A DNA stretch of 64,000 nucleotides from Cycas panzhihuaensis (Eukaryota > Plantae > Cycadophyta), in contig CM041465.1 of assembly GCA_023213395.1 (NCBI GenBank), positions 151,473,741-151,537,740 of the forward strand, read 5' to 3'. This document shows positions 36,560 through 49,457 of the stretch, one piece after another. A program made the translations under genes and the position numbers. How positions within the stretch are numbered: position 1 is the first letter of the stretch; every line of letters starts with the position of its first letter. A model generated the notes under the pieces. It was not told where the DNA came from. It saw only the letters and a list, made by a program, of their open reading frames with translations, and did not search any database.

Positions 36560-39289
36560 CCCTTGCCCTCGAGAGACATTATAAATGAAAGTGAATCTAA
36601 AATTTTCTTTTTTAATACCCACATAAGAATCCAAAGAAACATTAGCAGAATCTTGAATTTTCCCATTGCTTCTCTTTCGAACAAGTATCTTATCATTCCT
36701 TTAGTAGAAAATCTTTAGAGAAATAATGCCTGAAAAGAGATATTAAATAAGATTAAAGCCAAACTATCTAGCTAGCATCTCAATATTCTATCGTTAGTAG
36801 GCAGGATTATGGCTATTAAATCAATTCTCCAAGCATTGCCTATTTATATGTTCTCAGCACTTTCAACTCTCCTCAAGGTTATTAAAAGTATTGAAAAGCT
36901 ATAAAAGGATTTTTTCTAGGGCTAGCATTTTTAGTGAAAAAATAGTTGTTGGTAGTTTACGATAATGTGTGTAAGAGCAAGATTCAAGAGGCCTTGAATA
37001 TTAGGCACCTCAAACCCCTTAATAAGGTCCTCAATGCCAAGTTATTATGGAGATGGATGACAAAGGAAGGGTCATTATGGGTGCATACTTGGAAGGAGAA
37101 GCATGCCAAAGGGGTTGCCAAAAAAGATTTAATTAGAATGAACAATCATGTCAAGGGTTCTACTATCTAGAAAGGAGCTATTCAAGGCCTTTGTTTGATC
37201 CAATCCAATAGCTTTTGGGAAATTAGGAACTAGGATTTTGCCTTATTTTGGGAGGACTTGTGGAAAGCGCAAGAGCCATTAAGCCTCAAATGGGAGCTAG
37301 ATGATGTGAGGAGAGCTTTCTTGAGGAATGGGTGGTCCAATGTTTCAAACTTCCTGGTAGATTCCTCCTTTATGGAGGATAGCATTTCCTCTATCACGAG
37401 AGAAAGGAAATATCCAGATTCCTAGCTTATGGATATTGCTTTGAAGGAACGAAATAGGCTATGGAGTGTCATGAGTAAAAAGATTCTCCTCTATAGGTCA
37501 GGAGTTGATGTTTTAAGATGGAGCCAAATGGGGAATGGCTCCTTCTTTGTGAAGTAGGCATGTAACCTTTGTGTTGAGGAGGGGTCACTAAACTATGGAA
37601 GGTTTGGAAGAGAATTTTGTAACCTAAACTATGGCCAAAAGTGTTAGTGTTTTTATGGGAATTAGCACACAACAACATCCTCATGTGGGACAACCTTATA
37701 AAGAGAGGCTTCACGGGCCCCTCTAGATATGTTCTTTGTGTTGAAGCTGAAGAGGACATCATCCATATCTTTCTTAAGTGTAAAGGTATTTCTCAGTGTT
37801 GGGACCATTTTGAAATTATTTTGACATCCATGATTCTAAGGAGGTCTAATATTCAAAGCTTTCTTAAAGGATGGAGAAGTCTTTAGGTGGACTCCTTGAT
37901 TCTTTAGAAGGCTTAGGATTTAATTTTTGGTTTTGTGTTGTGGAATGCCTAGAAGAAGTGCAACAAAAGAATTTTCATGGACAAAGCTAGGGTTATGACC
38001 CAGGTAATCCAAAGAACTATGAACAATATATCAAAGACTTTGTCATCAAAGGAATGGGGGGGAGGATGGCCTAGCCTGGTCTTGTCAAGACAAGGCCAAA
38101 CTTAATCTTCTGAGGATTGTTAAGGATAATTTGAGATCCAAAAATCACCTAGATAAAGAGCCTAACCATAGTGAATGCCTATGGGTGCCTCCTCAAGTTG
38201 GTATGTTTAAAGTTAATTTTGATGGGGCCTCAAAAGGGAATCTAGGTAGAGATGGTAGTGGTGGGATTATCAAAGATTACAATGGTAATTCCAAACACCT
38301 CTTTGCTTAAAATATTGGAGAAACCACAAGCAATGTAGCAGAAGCAATGGCAGCCTTTTCCATCGTCAAAATTCTTAGGAGGTTGGGCCTTGAGAGGGTT
38401 TGTTTGGAGGGAGATTCAAAGCTTATTGTCAATTTATTCCAAACGAATGAGAACAAGGCAGAGGCTAGTAATTAGAAGATTTCCCATATCTTGAAAGAAA
38501 TGATGCAACTTGTAAATAAATTTGAGGAGGTTTCTTTTAAGCATATCAGAAGGGTAGCAAATAAGGTTGTTGATCTCCTGGCTAATTTGGTGGCTATGGG
38601 CCAATGGGGTGAGATAAAGATAGACTCAAATTTGAAGAAGACAAATAACCTAGAAATCAAAAGGGATACCCTTCATACCTTAAATAGAGACAATTTATAG
38701 ATGTGATTTTGATCTAGCCAAATATTTTGACTATCTAGTTAGTAGGGGGTCATTGGTCCATCTTGGTATTAGCTGATACATTGGTTAGTTTGTATTTTTG
38801 GCAGATTATTTTTTGGGGAAACTAATTTGAGCTCGTAAGTTTCCATGTGTTCCATTGGAGCTGGTGTTTTCATATCAAAATTCTTGTTTATATCTGATTA
38901 TCAAGGTTACATGGTTAAGTTCTTTAATGGTGTAGATTGAACTAGCTATATTACTATATTTGATATCCTTTGTATTTGGGTTGTTTCCCTATAGTTCCTT
39001 GAGCAGCTTTGCTAAGCCTTCCCCAGTTATGGGTTGGAAATCCTATGTACTTTTATTGCAAAATTCTTGTAGTACAATATCAAATTTTCTTTTTATTGAT
39101 AAAAAAAAAAAAGAGCAGGCAAAAAATGATGGGCTTGATTAGTCCACTATTTTTGCATATGGTTTTCTTACCTATAGTTTTGGGCCTAAGGTATTTGCCC
39201 ACTATTTTGTGGGAGTTGTTCTATTTTTTTTTTTTGATATTTTGGTTTTCTCTTAAAATTACTTAAAAGATCTTTAAAAATATTTAAAA

Positions 39290-39391
<102 letters not shown>

Positions 39392-40699
39392 TTTGTGAGG
39401 TCCATCTACCATGTGGGCCCCACAGATTGTGTGTGCATCCTGGAAACATTGTCAACTGAGGTAAATGTCACAAACAATGTAGGTTGGGATTAGGAATGAC
39501 CTTGTAACGTTTTTAGGCCATTCTTCACTCATTTTCATGTTTCCATAGTTTGGAAATGGGAAGTGGCATGTATGGGCACATTTCCAATAACATAGATGTT
39601 AGGTCATGAGTAGCAAAATTGGAGATCTACTTCTATATTCACAATTGCACAAAGAGAGAAAAGATAGTATTCACCTCATTACATTTGAGCAATAGTGCCT
39701 TAAACTGGTTTAAATGGTGATGAAGGGGCTATGGGTCTATAACAAACTTTAAATGCTCCTTCTTGACAACTGCCCTTTGTAAACAATGTGAAGAAACTTT
39801 GAACTAGGACTCCTCCTCAAGATTAGGCTGAAGGTCTCCTTATGTCGATTCCTCTTTGCCAGCCTAAGAAGAAAATCCAAATAATAAGCTAAGTACAAGG
39901 ACAAGTCCCCCAAAAGAGTCGAGCTCCCAAAATGCAAATTTGCAATGATTAAAAATGAATGATCTTATCTAAATCCTCCTTTCCAAAAAAATTGACTTCT
40001 CATAATATTAATTAATTTAGTTTGTTCTCCAAGTGTTTGTGGATTAGGTTTACAACAACCTCTGCCCCTTAAGAAAAATGCTTTGGCCACAAAGCATCGG
40101 TAATGATGGATATTCTGTCTCGGACCACCTCCTCCTACTGCTAGGATGTCAAAGGTAGTTGTTTGATCTTGATGTTGACAAGCAGAGATTGTTCTTACAT
40201 AATTTGCTAGTGAGAAGTGATGTATGGTACCCGCCAACTACCTTCATGAGTCTGGAAAGTGTGGGCGCTTTGGTTGGCTATGATTCTTAGAGAAATGTGG
40301 CCCCAGTGTAATAAATTAGAGATCCACAAAATTGGGAACCCAAATACTTTTGTAAAGAGTATAATGGTGATTTCTTCTTATGGTAATTTATGTTGTCACT
40401 CCTGTATTATATGGAATGACCCTTGTTCCATCCAATTGTGCTAAGATTATGAGCATTCTGATCATCCAAATGTTCATCTTACACTACAATAAACACATTG
40501 CATTCCTTCAAGTTGATTGGCCTAGTAGGTGGACATGTGGGCAAAGGAAGGTCCTCAATATACTCATTCAAAGTTTGTGAAACCAAAAAATTGCCTCGTT
40601 AATTGGGGATTCTTGAGATTTGGTTTTCCCAATTTCTTCTTCTGATGGAGTTGCTTCTAGTTCAATAAGATTTTATTTTTGTTGCTTCCCCTCATTTGG

Positions 40700-41014
40700 G
40701 GTTGGTTCTTTGCAATGAGATGTCTCTTCAGCAACATGTTGGCAAAGGCACGAAATGAAAACTTGCCAATCCTGTATGTGGTATGTGTATTACCAAGTTC
40801 TTGCCCACTAATAGAGGCTATTGTCTAAATAATCAATGGTAGTCAAGATCCAGTCACCTTGATCCTCATCCCTAAGTGAATTCTTGCATAATGATGTAAA
40901 AGTTGAGATCCACTCTTTAAGATCAACAAAGCCATTTGGCCCAAATTTAGGAAGGTCATTTGGAAGGGTGAATAGCATTTTGGTCCTTTTTTTTTTGTCC
41001 ATGAATTTTGGCAT
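40700..41014 (-). pseudogene. Isolated capsid(Gag)-like module
   Basis: LPKFGPNGFVDLKEWISTF...DWILTTIDYLDNSLY*WARTW...IQDWQVF. Confidence 0.55.
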
Positions 41015-42533
41015 TTGAACCTTTTACCTACGAATACAATGGGCTTGCCCTCAACCTATAGTCAATATACTGTGCTCAAAATTTAACCATGCTATCCAAT
41101 GGTCAAGACCTAAAATAGTCAAGTCCTACAATGGTAGTTAAGACCTTCATGATGTTCCAACTCAAGACACTCTAATGTTTGTCATGCAACTTCGAGACAT
41201 TGATTATTTTAGTGCTCTTTTACTTATTGTTTTTGCATTCACATGGCAAGTAAAACTTGCATATTCAAATGTAGTTGTTGAGCCTATACAAATTGATGTG
41301 AATCCCTTTGTAATGCCCTCACTATGGAATCTACATTTTGTTGAGGCTCCTGTGTATCAACATGCAATGGGTTTTGTTACCACCTCAAATTGTATCATTC
41401 CTTTTTCACAACAAATGGAGAAGTCATGCTTGACAACCTAATATGTGGGACCTCCTATGTAGTTCTTAGAATCAAAGATGAGTGGGGGTCTTCTCCACAA
41501 AATAGATATTTAAATGTGGTGGGTTCTCTTACAAATTCCTCATGATGACATTACCAAGAAATGTAGGCAAGTTGAAGAGTTCAAAGTTTAAGGCTTGCAG
41601 ATTGTAGGGATAATGGTGGAACAAATTGTTTCAACATTTATAAAAAGCAATGTGCATCGTTAGAGTCATTATGACCTTGTGACCTTCCTGTTCCCATTAA
41701 AATTAATGCACCTAGATCATTTAGCTTCATAGAGAAGTTACCAATCACTTGCTTGATGCTACAATTTAGTGGTTGTCTTGTTATGTATTGTTTATGATCA
41801 CCTTGTATGTACTATTTGTCATTCTTGAATATTGTCTAGGCAAAAGAATTCTACAGAGAGATGGACAAACCTTTTTTCAGTTATGATTCATGTAATCATC
41901 TTGGAAGCAATTAATCTTGTTAGAATTATTCATGAACTTGCACTTGTGCATATCAAAGTTGTTGTTCATCGCACCCTTTGGGATCTAGGTTTGATCTAGG
42001 GTAAGGTGATACCTAAGGTCATCTTGTAATGTGTGCAAAGATGCATTTTCAATCAAAAGCCAATCAAGAAACTAGAAGCTTGCAGTGTTTATGATCAAAC
42101 CTTTATTACCTTAATTGCACTTTTTGGCCTTTTGAACTCAATCATGCATTGCAATTATGTGGAGATCCTTTATAACAATGGGGTGAGAGTGTGTGGAAAA
42201 AGACATCATGGTTTCATGATTTAAAATTCCAAAATCATCTCTTACTCGTGCATTGCCATAAGGAAGCTAAACCTAGGAATTAGTTGAGGATGAAAAGGAT
42301 GAGTTGAAGGAATTTTGATTACTGTGGCCAAAACTCCTCTACCAAGTATTTCTTTAGTATACGCCTAGATGATATTAAAAATAGAGTACACACATCCACA
42401 AAGGATCCATCAACTACACATAGAATTTGGAGATAAAATGGTTATTCATCATGATTAACAACTCGAATCATTCCACACTTATTATGGAATATGTGTATTC
42501 ACTCTCAAGCTCCGAAAAGCTAGTTTTTGTGTT

Positions 42534-45337
42534 TGTTGGGTAATGTTAACCCATAGTATTATTAAATTGATATAAATCAACGTGGTTATCCCTTTAATAT
42601 GAACTAGGGGGTTATAGTGTGCACACTTCGTCATTGTAATTAGTCATTGGTTGACTAAGTGGCTCCTAAAATGTGATTGAACAACCAAGTGGTGATACGT
42701 ACCATATATATATATATATATATTAGTTTGATATAATACAATTGGAAGTAATCATTTCTCACAAGTATATTATGTTATGTGTTTGTACATATCCTTTCAT
42801 TTATTATTCACTTGCATATCTTTAATTTCATAGTCTTGTTAAATCCTGGACCTATGTATGGGTATTTAGTTTCTACATATGGTCTCAGAGTATGTTTTGT
42901 TTGCCCATGTTCTTTTAATTAGTATTAGATCTAGGATTTTAGTTCTATGGTGAGCCTATCAAAGCTTTGGTCCAAACTTGTTTAGTGACCCCAATTAGGC
43001 TATAAGACTATGAGTATGTCCACCTCTCAAGAGTTTATTCTGAACTTATTTTAAGTATGCTTGTTTGTGGCCAATAAGGGGGATTAGTCTATTCATTTGT
43101 CAGGTGAAGATCTGTTGTAGGATTTTGTGAAAACTTTCAAATTGCAGTTAAGTAGGGCACCTGGAGCATGTTGGCATTATGAGCCTGGAGTGTGTTGGTG
43201 CTTATGCAATGTAAATCCAACTGAGAGTGTAGGTGTTGTAGTTACCTCAAATTTCACAAAGGTTTGTCACATGCTTAATTCGTTATTGGACTAGTTATTT
43301 ACATGTTTTGTGAGTGTATATGCAGGTGTTGCACATGAGTCCAAGAATATGGCTTCAAGTATAGGCTTGATCACCCTGTGAAGCTAATGTTGTAGCATAT
43401 AGGCCATAATTTTTCCCTCTATCATGAAGTGGTACCATGATTGATGAGGGTTTTGCAACATGTTGAGATCAGCAAATAGTTAGTTGGCCCATGTGAAAAA
43501 ACTGATGTGTGTATGGGGCAATATTGCGAACTTGTTGATCGTGTGAACCTGTGTACAAATCTTACTAGTCAGTTGTGTGTGCAATGAAGAGATCACTGGT
43601 TGGAGAAGGATCCTATCAATATGATGAAGGGTTTAATGTTCACTGTTGGTGGATGCATACACCGGTTTTGAAACTCTTGTGGCAGATTAAGAGTAGTTTG
43701 ATGAGCATTCTAATTGCTTGAGTGAGGTTGCTGTGAGGATGCCATTTGTTGGAGGGCTTGCATATGATGTTTTTTAATGCTTGCTAAGGTGAAAATATTT
43801 TAGTAGAATGCTCATTTGGCCAACGCTGCATTCTGGAATCAAAGTAGTTGTAGAATGGAGAAAAATGGATGTAGCAGGCATTAGGTGCTCAAAAGAGTGT
43901 TTGAGATTTTTTTTTTGATGTTGGAAAGCTCATGGAACACTATATGATAAACATTTTATAGGTCTAAAGCTATAGATAAGTTCAAAAGGTTAAAATCCTT
44001 GAGTTAGGAGCTTATAGATCGAGAAATGATTAAGAAAAACTTAACATAGAGTTTTGGGCATTTTTTGTGATAAAACAAAGCTTGTAGAGCATCGTATGAT
44101 CAATATTTTGAAGAACTAAGGCCATCGTTGCATTTGGAAGGCCTATTTTACCATAAAGGGATGTCCCAGACTGAGAAACAGTGAATAATTTGAGCACGGG
44201 AGCCACCGGAACCTCCACCAGTGCGCACATGTTGTGTGAGTCAAACAACCATATAAAATTTATTCTTTTATTATCTAAAGTTTGTTAACTTTAAAAAGTT
44301 ATATTAAAATATTTTTTAATGTTTTCTAGATCTGTTAGCCCTTCAGTGATGTCACATAGATGTTTTAAAGTGACCAAGGGGGCCAATGACAGAGCCTTTT
44401 TTAATTTTTTAAATTTTTTTGTCAAAAAGTATATTTGTGCTCACAGAAATGACTATAACTCCCTCATACAACATCGGAATTGAGTGCTATCAATTGTGTT
44501 GCAAAGCTGGATCACTAAGCTTTCCAACAAGTGGTCACACAATATGTTTTGAGGATTTATGAAAGTAGTTTTAATGATATAAAGTTTGGACATTGAGTTG
44601 ACAAGGTGTTAAAATGGAGTCTGAGATAAAAAATAGAGGTGTTCTGTCTCATGTTTATGCTTAGTTAACCATTGTTGCATGTTTGTTCCATGGTGCAGTG
44701 GATAGGGCTAAGGGTTTTTGGTGTGATTTGTCTCCTAGAGTTGTGACCTTAGCTAGGAGAGCCAAAAATAAGCAAAATAGGAGCAAGTGAAAGCTACTTA
44801 GTAGGCAAATATTGGTGAACCATGTACAGGAAGGCCATTCTAGAGGACTAGCAGATATAACAGCTGATTACCCATGTGCTTTGGTAGAAGTTTGGCTTTT
44901 ATATGGACCCAACATCAAAATTTGAAGTAGTTATATGACATGGTTTAGTATTAAGGGGGGAATGTTGGGTAATGTTAATCTATGTCATTATTAAATTGAT
45001 GTAAATCAATGTAGTTATCCCTTTAATATGTACTAGGGGTCATAGTGTGCACATTTCTTCATTGTTATTAGTCATTGGTTGACTAAATGGCTCCTAGAAT
45101 GTGATTGGATAACCAAGTAGTGATATGTACTATATATATGCATTGGTTTGACATAATACAATTCGAAGTGATCATTTCCCACAAGTATATTGTGTTATGT
45201 GTTTGTACATATTCTTTTATTTATTATTCACTTGCATGTCTTTAATTTCATAGTCTTGTTAGATCCTAGACCCATGCATGGGCATTTAGTTTCTACAAGT
45301 GGTATTGGAGTATGTTTTGCTTGCCCATGTTCTTTTA
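42534..45337 (+). mobile_element. Non-coding LTR element (TRIM/LARD-like), LTRs 42534-42917 and 44963-45337
   Basis: Perfect TSD GTGTT, PPT aaggggggaa, decayed PBS tagtattagatc at 42920, no TE protein motifs. Confidence 0.88.
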
Positions 45338-46795
45338 GTGTTGTCCCTCTAGAGCTTTATTAGTTCATTATTAGAATTATTGTAAAAGATTTATGGAAAT
45401 CTTATCCTGTAATGGTGCTTTCCCTTGAGATATATAAAAAGGAAGAAAATATAATAGAATAAGCACTTTTGAATCATATAACCTTTTTGGAGAAGTAAAG
45501 TTTTTTTATTCAAAAATTGTTTTAGTGGAATGAGATGCTTTGATGTATTGTGATTTATGAGTTGAAATGTGTTATGTGGATACATTGTGCCTAGATTATT
45601 TTTAAGTTTGTATTTGCTAAAGTGTTTTTTTGAGGATAAATCCTAGTGAGAAGGGGTAGAGTTGATATACGTTTGAGTGTTCAAGGTTTTCCTAATAGGC
45701 CTTGAACATTAAGATCATGCATAGGATCAACCATTCCAACCTATAAGATTTCTAGTCTGGGTTGGTTGCTTTCTATTTGTTGATCATGAATAAATAGTGG
45801 CAAGTCTTGCATTTAACCTATTTCTAGTGTCTAGATTCCACACACTTTAATCCTCTTGGAATGAACATGCAAATTGTTATTCATTTAGCCTATTTTTTTG
45901 GTGATTAATTCTCTGTATTTTGTTGACTAAAGTTTCATGAGCTTGGCCTTTTTTGGCTTAATGTGATTTGAGTGAATGAGACATAATCCTTGAAGTATCC
46001 CTTTGACCTTTCAAGCTTGTAGACTTTCCTTGCACAATCCATCCCCGCAACATCTTTTTCCTGCATACCCACAATCCATCAAAACTCCCCACATTCTTGC
46101 CATCCATTAATAATCCCACATCTTCTCCTCTTTGGAGGACTGAACACAATTGAGTGCTATCAATTGGGTTGCGAAGCTGGTTCACTAAGCTTTCCAACAA
46201 GTGGTCACACAATATGCTTTGATGATTTATTAAGGTAGTTTTAATAATACAAATTTTGGACATTGAGTTGACAGGGTGTTAAAATAGAGTATGAGATTAA
46301 AAAAAAGTGTTTTGTCTCATGTTTCTGCTCGATTAACTATTTTTGCATGTTTGTTCCATGGTGCAGTGGATAGGGCTAAGGGTTTTCAGCTTGATTTGTC
46401 TCCTAGAGGTGTGACCTTAGCTAGGAGAGCCAAAATAGGCAAAAATAAGAGCAAGTGAAAGCTACTTAGCAGGCAAATATTGGTGAACCATATATGGGAA
46501 GACCATTCTAGAGGATTGGTAGATACAACAACTGGTTATCTATGTGCTTCGCTAGATGTTTGGCTTTTATATGGACCCAACATCAAGATTTGAAGTAGTT
46601 ATATAATATGGTTTAGGTATTAAGGGGGGAATGTTGGGTAATGTTAATCCATAACATTATTAAACTGATACAAATCAATGTAGTTACCCCTTTAATATGC
46701 ACTAGGGGTCATAGTGTGCACATTTCTTCATTGTAATTAGTCATTGGTTAACTAAGTGACTCCTAAAATGTGATTGGACAACCAAGTAGTGATAT

Positions 46796-46799
<4 letters not shown>

Positions 46800-46852
<53 letters not shown>
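46800..46852. repeat. (TA)n microsatellite within LTR
   Basis: Seen directly. Confidence 0.97.
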
Positions 46853-46858
<6 letters not shown>

Positions 46859-47812
46859 TGGTTTAACATAATACAATTGGAAGTGATCATTTCCCACAAG
46901 TATATTGTGTTATGTGTTTGTACATATTTTTTTATTTATTATTCACCTGCATGTCTTTAATTTCATAGTCTTGTTAAATCCTAGACTTGTGTGTGGCCAT
47001 TTAGTTTCTACAAGTGGTATCGGAGTATGTTTTGCTTGCCCATGTTCTTTTAGTGTTGTCCCTCTAGAGCTTCATTAGTTTCTTATTATAATTATTATAA
47101 AAGGTTTATAGAAATCTTATATTGTAATGGTACTTTCCCTTGAAATATATAAAATGGAAGAAAATATAATAGAATAAGCACTTTTGGATCCTATAACATT
47201 TTTGGAGAAGTAAAGTTTTTTTATTCAAAAATTGTTCTAGTGGAATGAGGTGCTTTGATGTATTGTGATTTATGAGTTGAAATGTGTTATGTGGATACAT
47301 TGTGCCTAGATTATTTTTAAGTTTGTATTTGCTAAAGTGTTTTTTTGAGGATAAACCCTAGTGAGAATCTGGGATAGAGTTGATATATGCTTCAGTGTTC
47401 AAGGTTCACCTAATAGGGCTTGAACATTAAGATCATGCATAGGATCAACCATTCCAACCTATAAGATTTCTAGTTTGGGTTGGTTGCTTTTTATTTGTTG
47501 ATCATGAATAAATAGTGGCAAGTCCCGCGTTTAACCTATTTTTGGTGTCTAGATTCCACACTCTTTAATCCTCTTGGAATGAACATGCAAATTGTTATTC
47601 GTTTAGCCTATTTTTTTGGTGACTAATTCTCTGTATTTTGTTGACTAAAGTTTTATGAGCTTGGCCTTTTTTGGCTTAATGTGATTTGAGTGAACGAGAC
47701 TTAATCCTTGAAGTATCCCTTTGACCTTTCAAACTTGTAGACTTTTCTTGTACAATCCATCCTCACATTTTTTTCTTGCATACTTACAATCCATCAAAGC
47801 ACCCCACATTCT

Positions 47813-48431
47813 TGTTGGGTATTGTGACAACAATTATAGGCCTAAAATTATGGCTTTGTTTTTGTGATTTCCCCTAATCTTTCTCGGGGGTTCCAAGGGC
47901 GGAGCCCCTTGGCCGAGTCTTGAGGTGTGGAACGCCCGCTAGAAGGGGTTCGGGGCGATGGCCCCAATTCAAAAATTGACCATGTAAACCTTATTAAAAT
48001 GCAAAGAGAATCAGGGTCGTACAATGAAAATACCCTAGATTCTATGGTTGAAATTTTAGGTCTTGAATGTCCTCTCATGTAGCCCGTTTTTAGGGCTTTT
48101 CTTATTATGTTGTAATGTTATGCAATGTCTTTGTGAAGAGGGCGTGGTGATTGTTGTTCGAGAGCACTCTGTATACGTGATGTACTATTTTCTCCATTAC
48201 TGACAATAAAGATCAATACCTTTCTGTGTGAATGTTTCCTAGCACCTTCGCTAGGGTTTTACCACGTTATATCGGGTGCACTTGTGATGTTTGGCTTTCA
48301 TTGTCTTGTTACTGTATAATCTCTGGTTTTAAGAACTTGCATGTAATTTGTATGTTTCATTTCTGTAACTAGTTGTAAGAAAGTAATAGATCTTGGTGGC
48401 TGTTAGAGGGTTGGACCTTCTATTCTCAACA
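47813..48431 (+). mobile_element. Solo LTR with TSD ATTCT
   Basis: TGTTG...CAACA ends, perfect 5-bp TSD, homologous to 58962-59591. Confidence 0.93.
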
Positions 48432-48548
48432 ATTCTTGCCATCCATTAATACTTCCACATCTTCTCCTCTTCAGAGGACTTATCTTAAATACTTGTACTT
48501 ATATGTATATAGATTAGTGTGTTTTGTAATAGAGTCTTTCCACCATTT

Positions 48549-49391
48549 TTTTGGAATATTGGAGTGTTGGAATATGTGATATTTTCACATATCTAATGTT
48601 TAATGTAAGATTGTGGCCTCACACAATCCCACACCCAAAGGCATTAATAAATGTGATATGCACACATATTCATGTACACAACCTATTGGATGATGAAAAG
48701 GATTAAAAGATGTTATAGGCTATTAATGAGGTAATCCAATCTATAAGTATATACACACAACACTTGAGAACTTGATAAAGGAGAAAGGATCAAGCTTGGA
48801 GATGTAATTATTTGGAGATCATAATAAATTGAAACTACCAACCCCAACCTTCTCCCATGGTTTTTCCATCTTGGGTTTTCCATATATAAATTCGTTGCCT
48901 TTTGTGGTACATGCTTGTTGATATGTTCATTACTTTATGTTCATGATATTGTTTGATATGTTTACATTACAATGCATTACTACATTTGTGTACATAATCC
49001 TCATGATATGATAAATTCATTATACTTGATTGCTATGCTTCCACTATGCATGATGAATTAATTCTAACATGATATATCAAAGAATAAAAAATTTTAATAT
49101 GGTATTAGAATCATGGTGATATTGCAAGCCTATTATAGCTTGGTTGTTAGCCATGTTGTAAAAGATCTTGTGGAAATAGATTGAAGCCTATAAGAGCCAG
49201 TTACAAAGCCAATATGAACTAGAAGAAGAATTTGATGAGTCAAAAACCAAGTATGCTAGTGACATGTGACTGAGATTATGGGGCTAGATAAATTTGATTC
49301 AAAGGTGTATACAAGAGACATTGAAAGTTGCAACCTAATGAGTATGTTGTTTATTAAATTTCTGTGGACAATTATTTTAAGCATGTTGGTA

Positions 49392-49457
<66 letters not shown>

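Larger units (their letters stand above)
30150..38700 (+). pseudogene. LINE ORF2 (endonuclease, RT, zf-RVT, RNase H)
   Basis: LIQETK, LDRFL, KALGPNGF, KLDISKAYD, HLQFVDD, VFLWEL, VNFDGASKGN, LEGDSKL, HIRRVANKVVD. Confidence 0.92.
27760..39112 (+). mobile_element. L1-clade LINE with RNase H (5' end approximate), interrupted at 32218-36559
   Basis: ORF1 DUF4283-like plus zinc knuckle; ORF2 EN-RT-zf-RVT-RNH; poly(A) at 39101-39112. Confidence 0.92.
46148..48480 (+). repeat. Tandem duplicate of 44478-46141 (includes a third LTR copy at 46632-47052 and a later solo LTR insertion)
   Basis: Colinear alignment; 6-nt filler gaacac at the junction. Confidence 0.9.
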
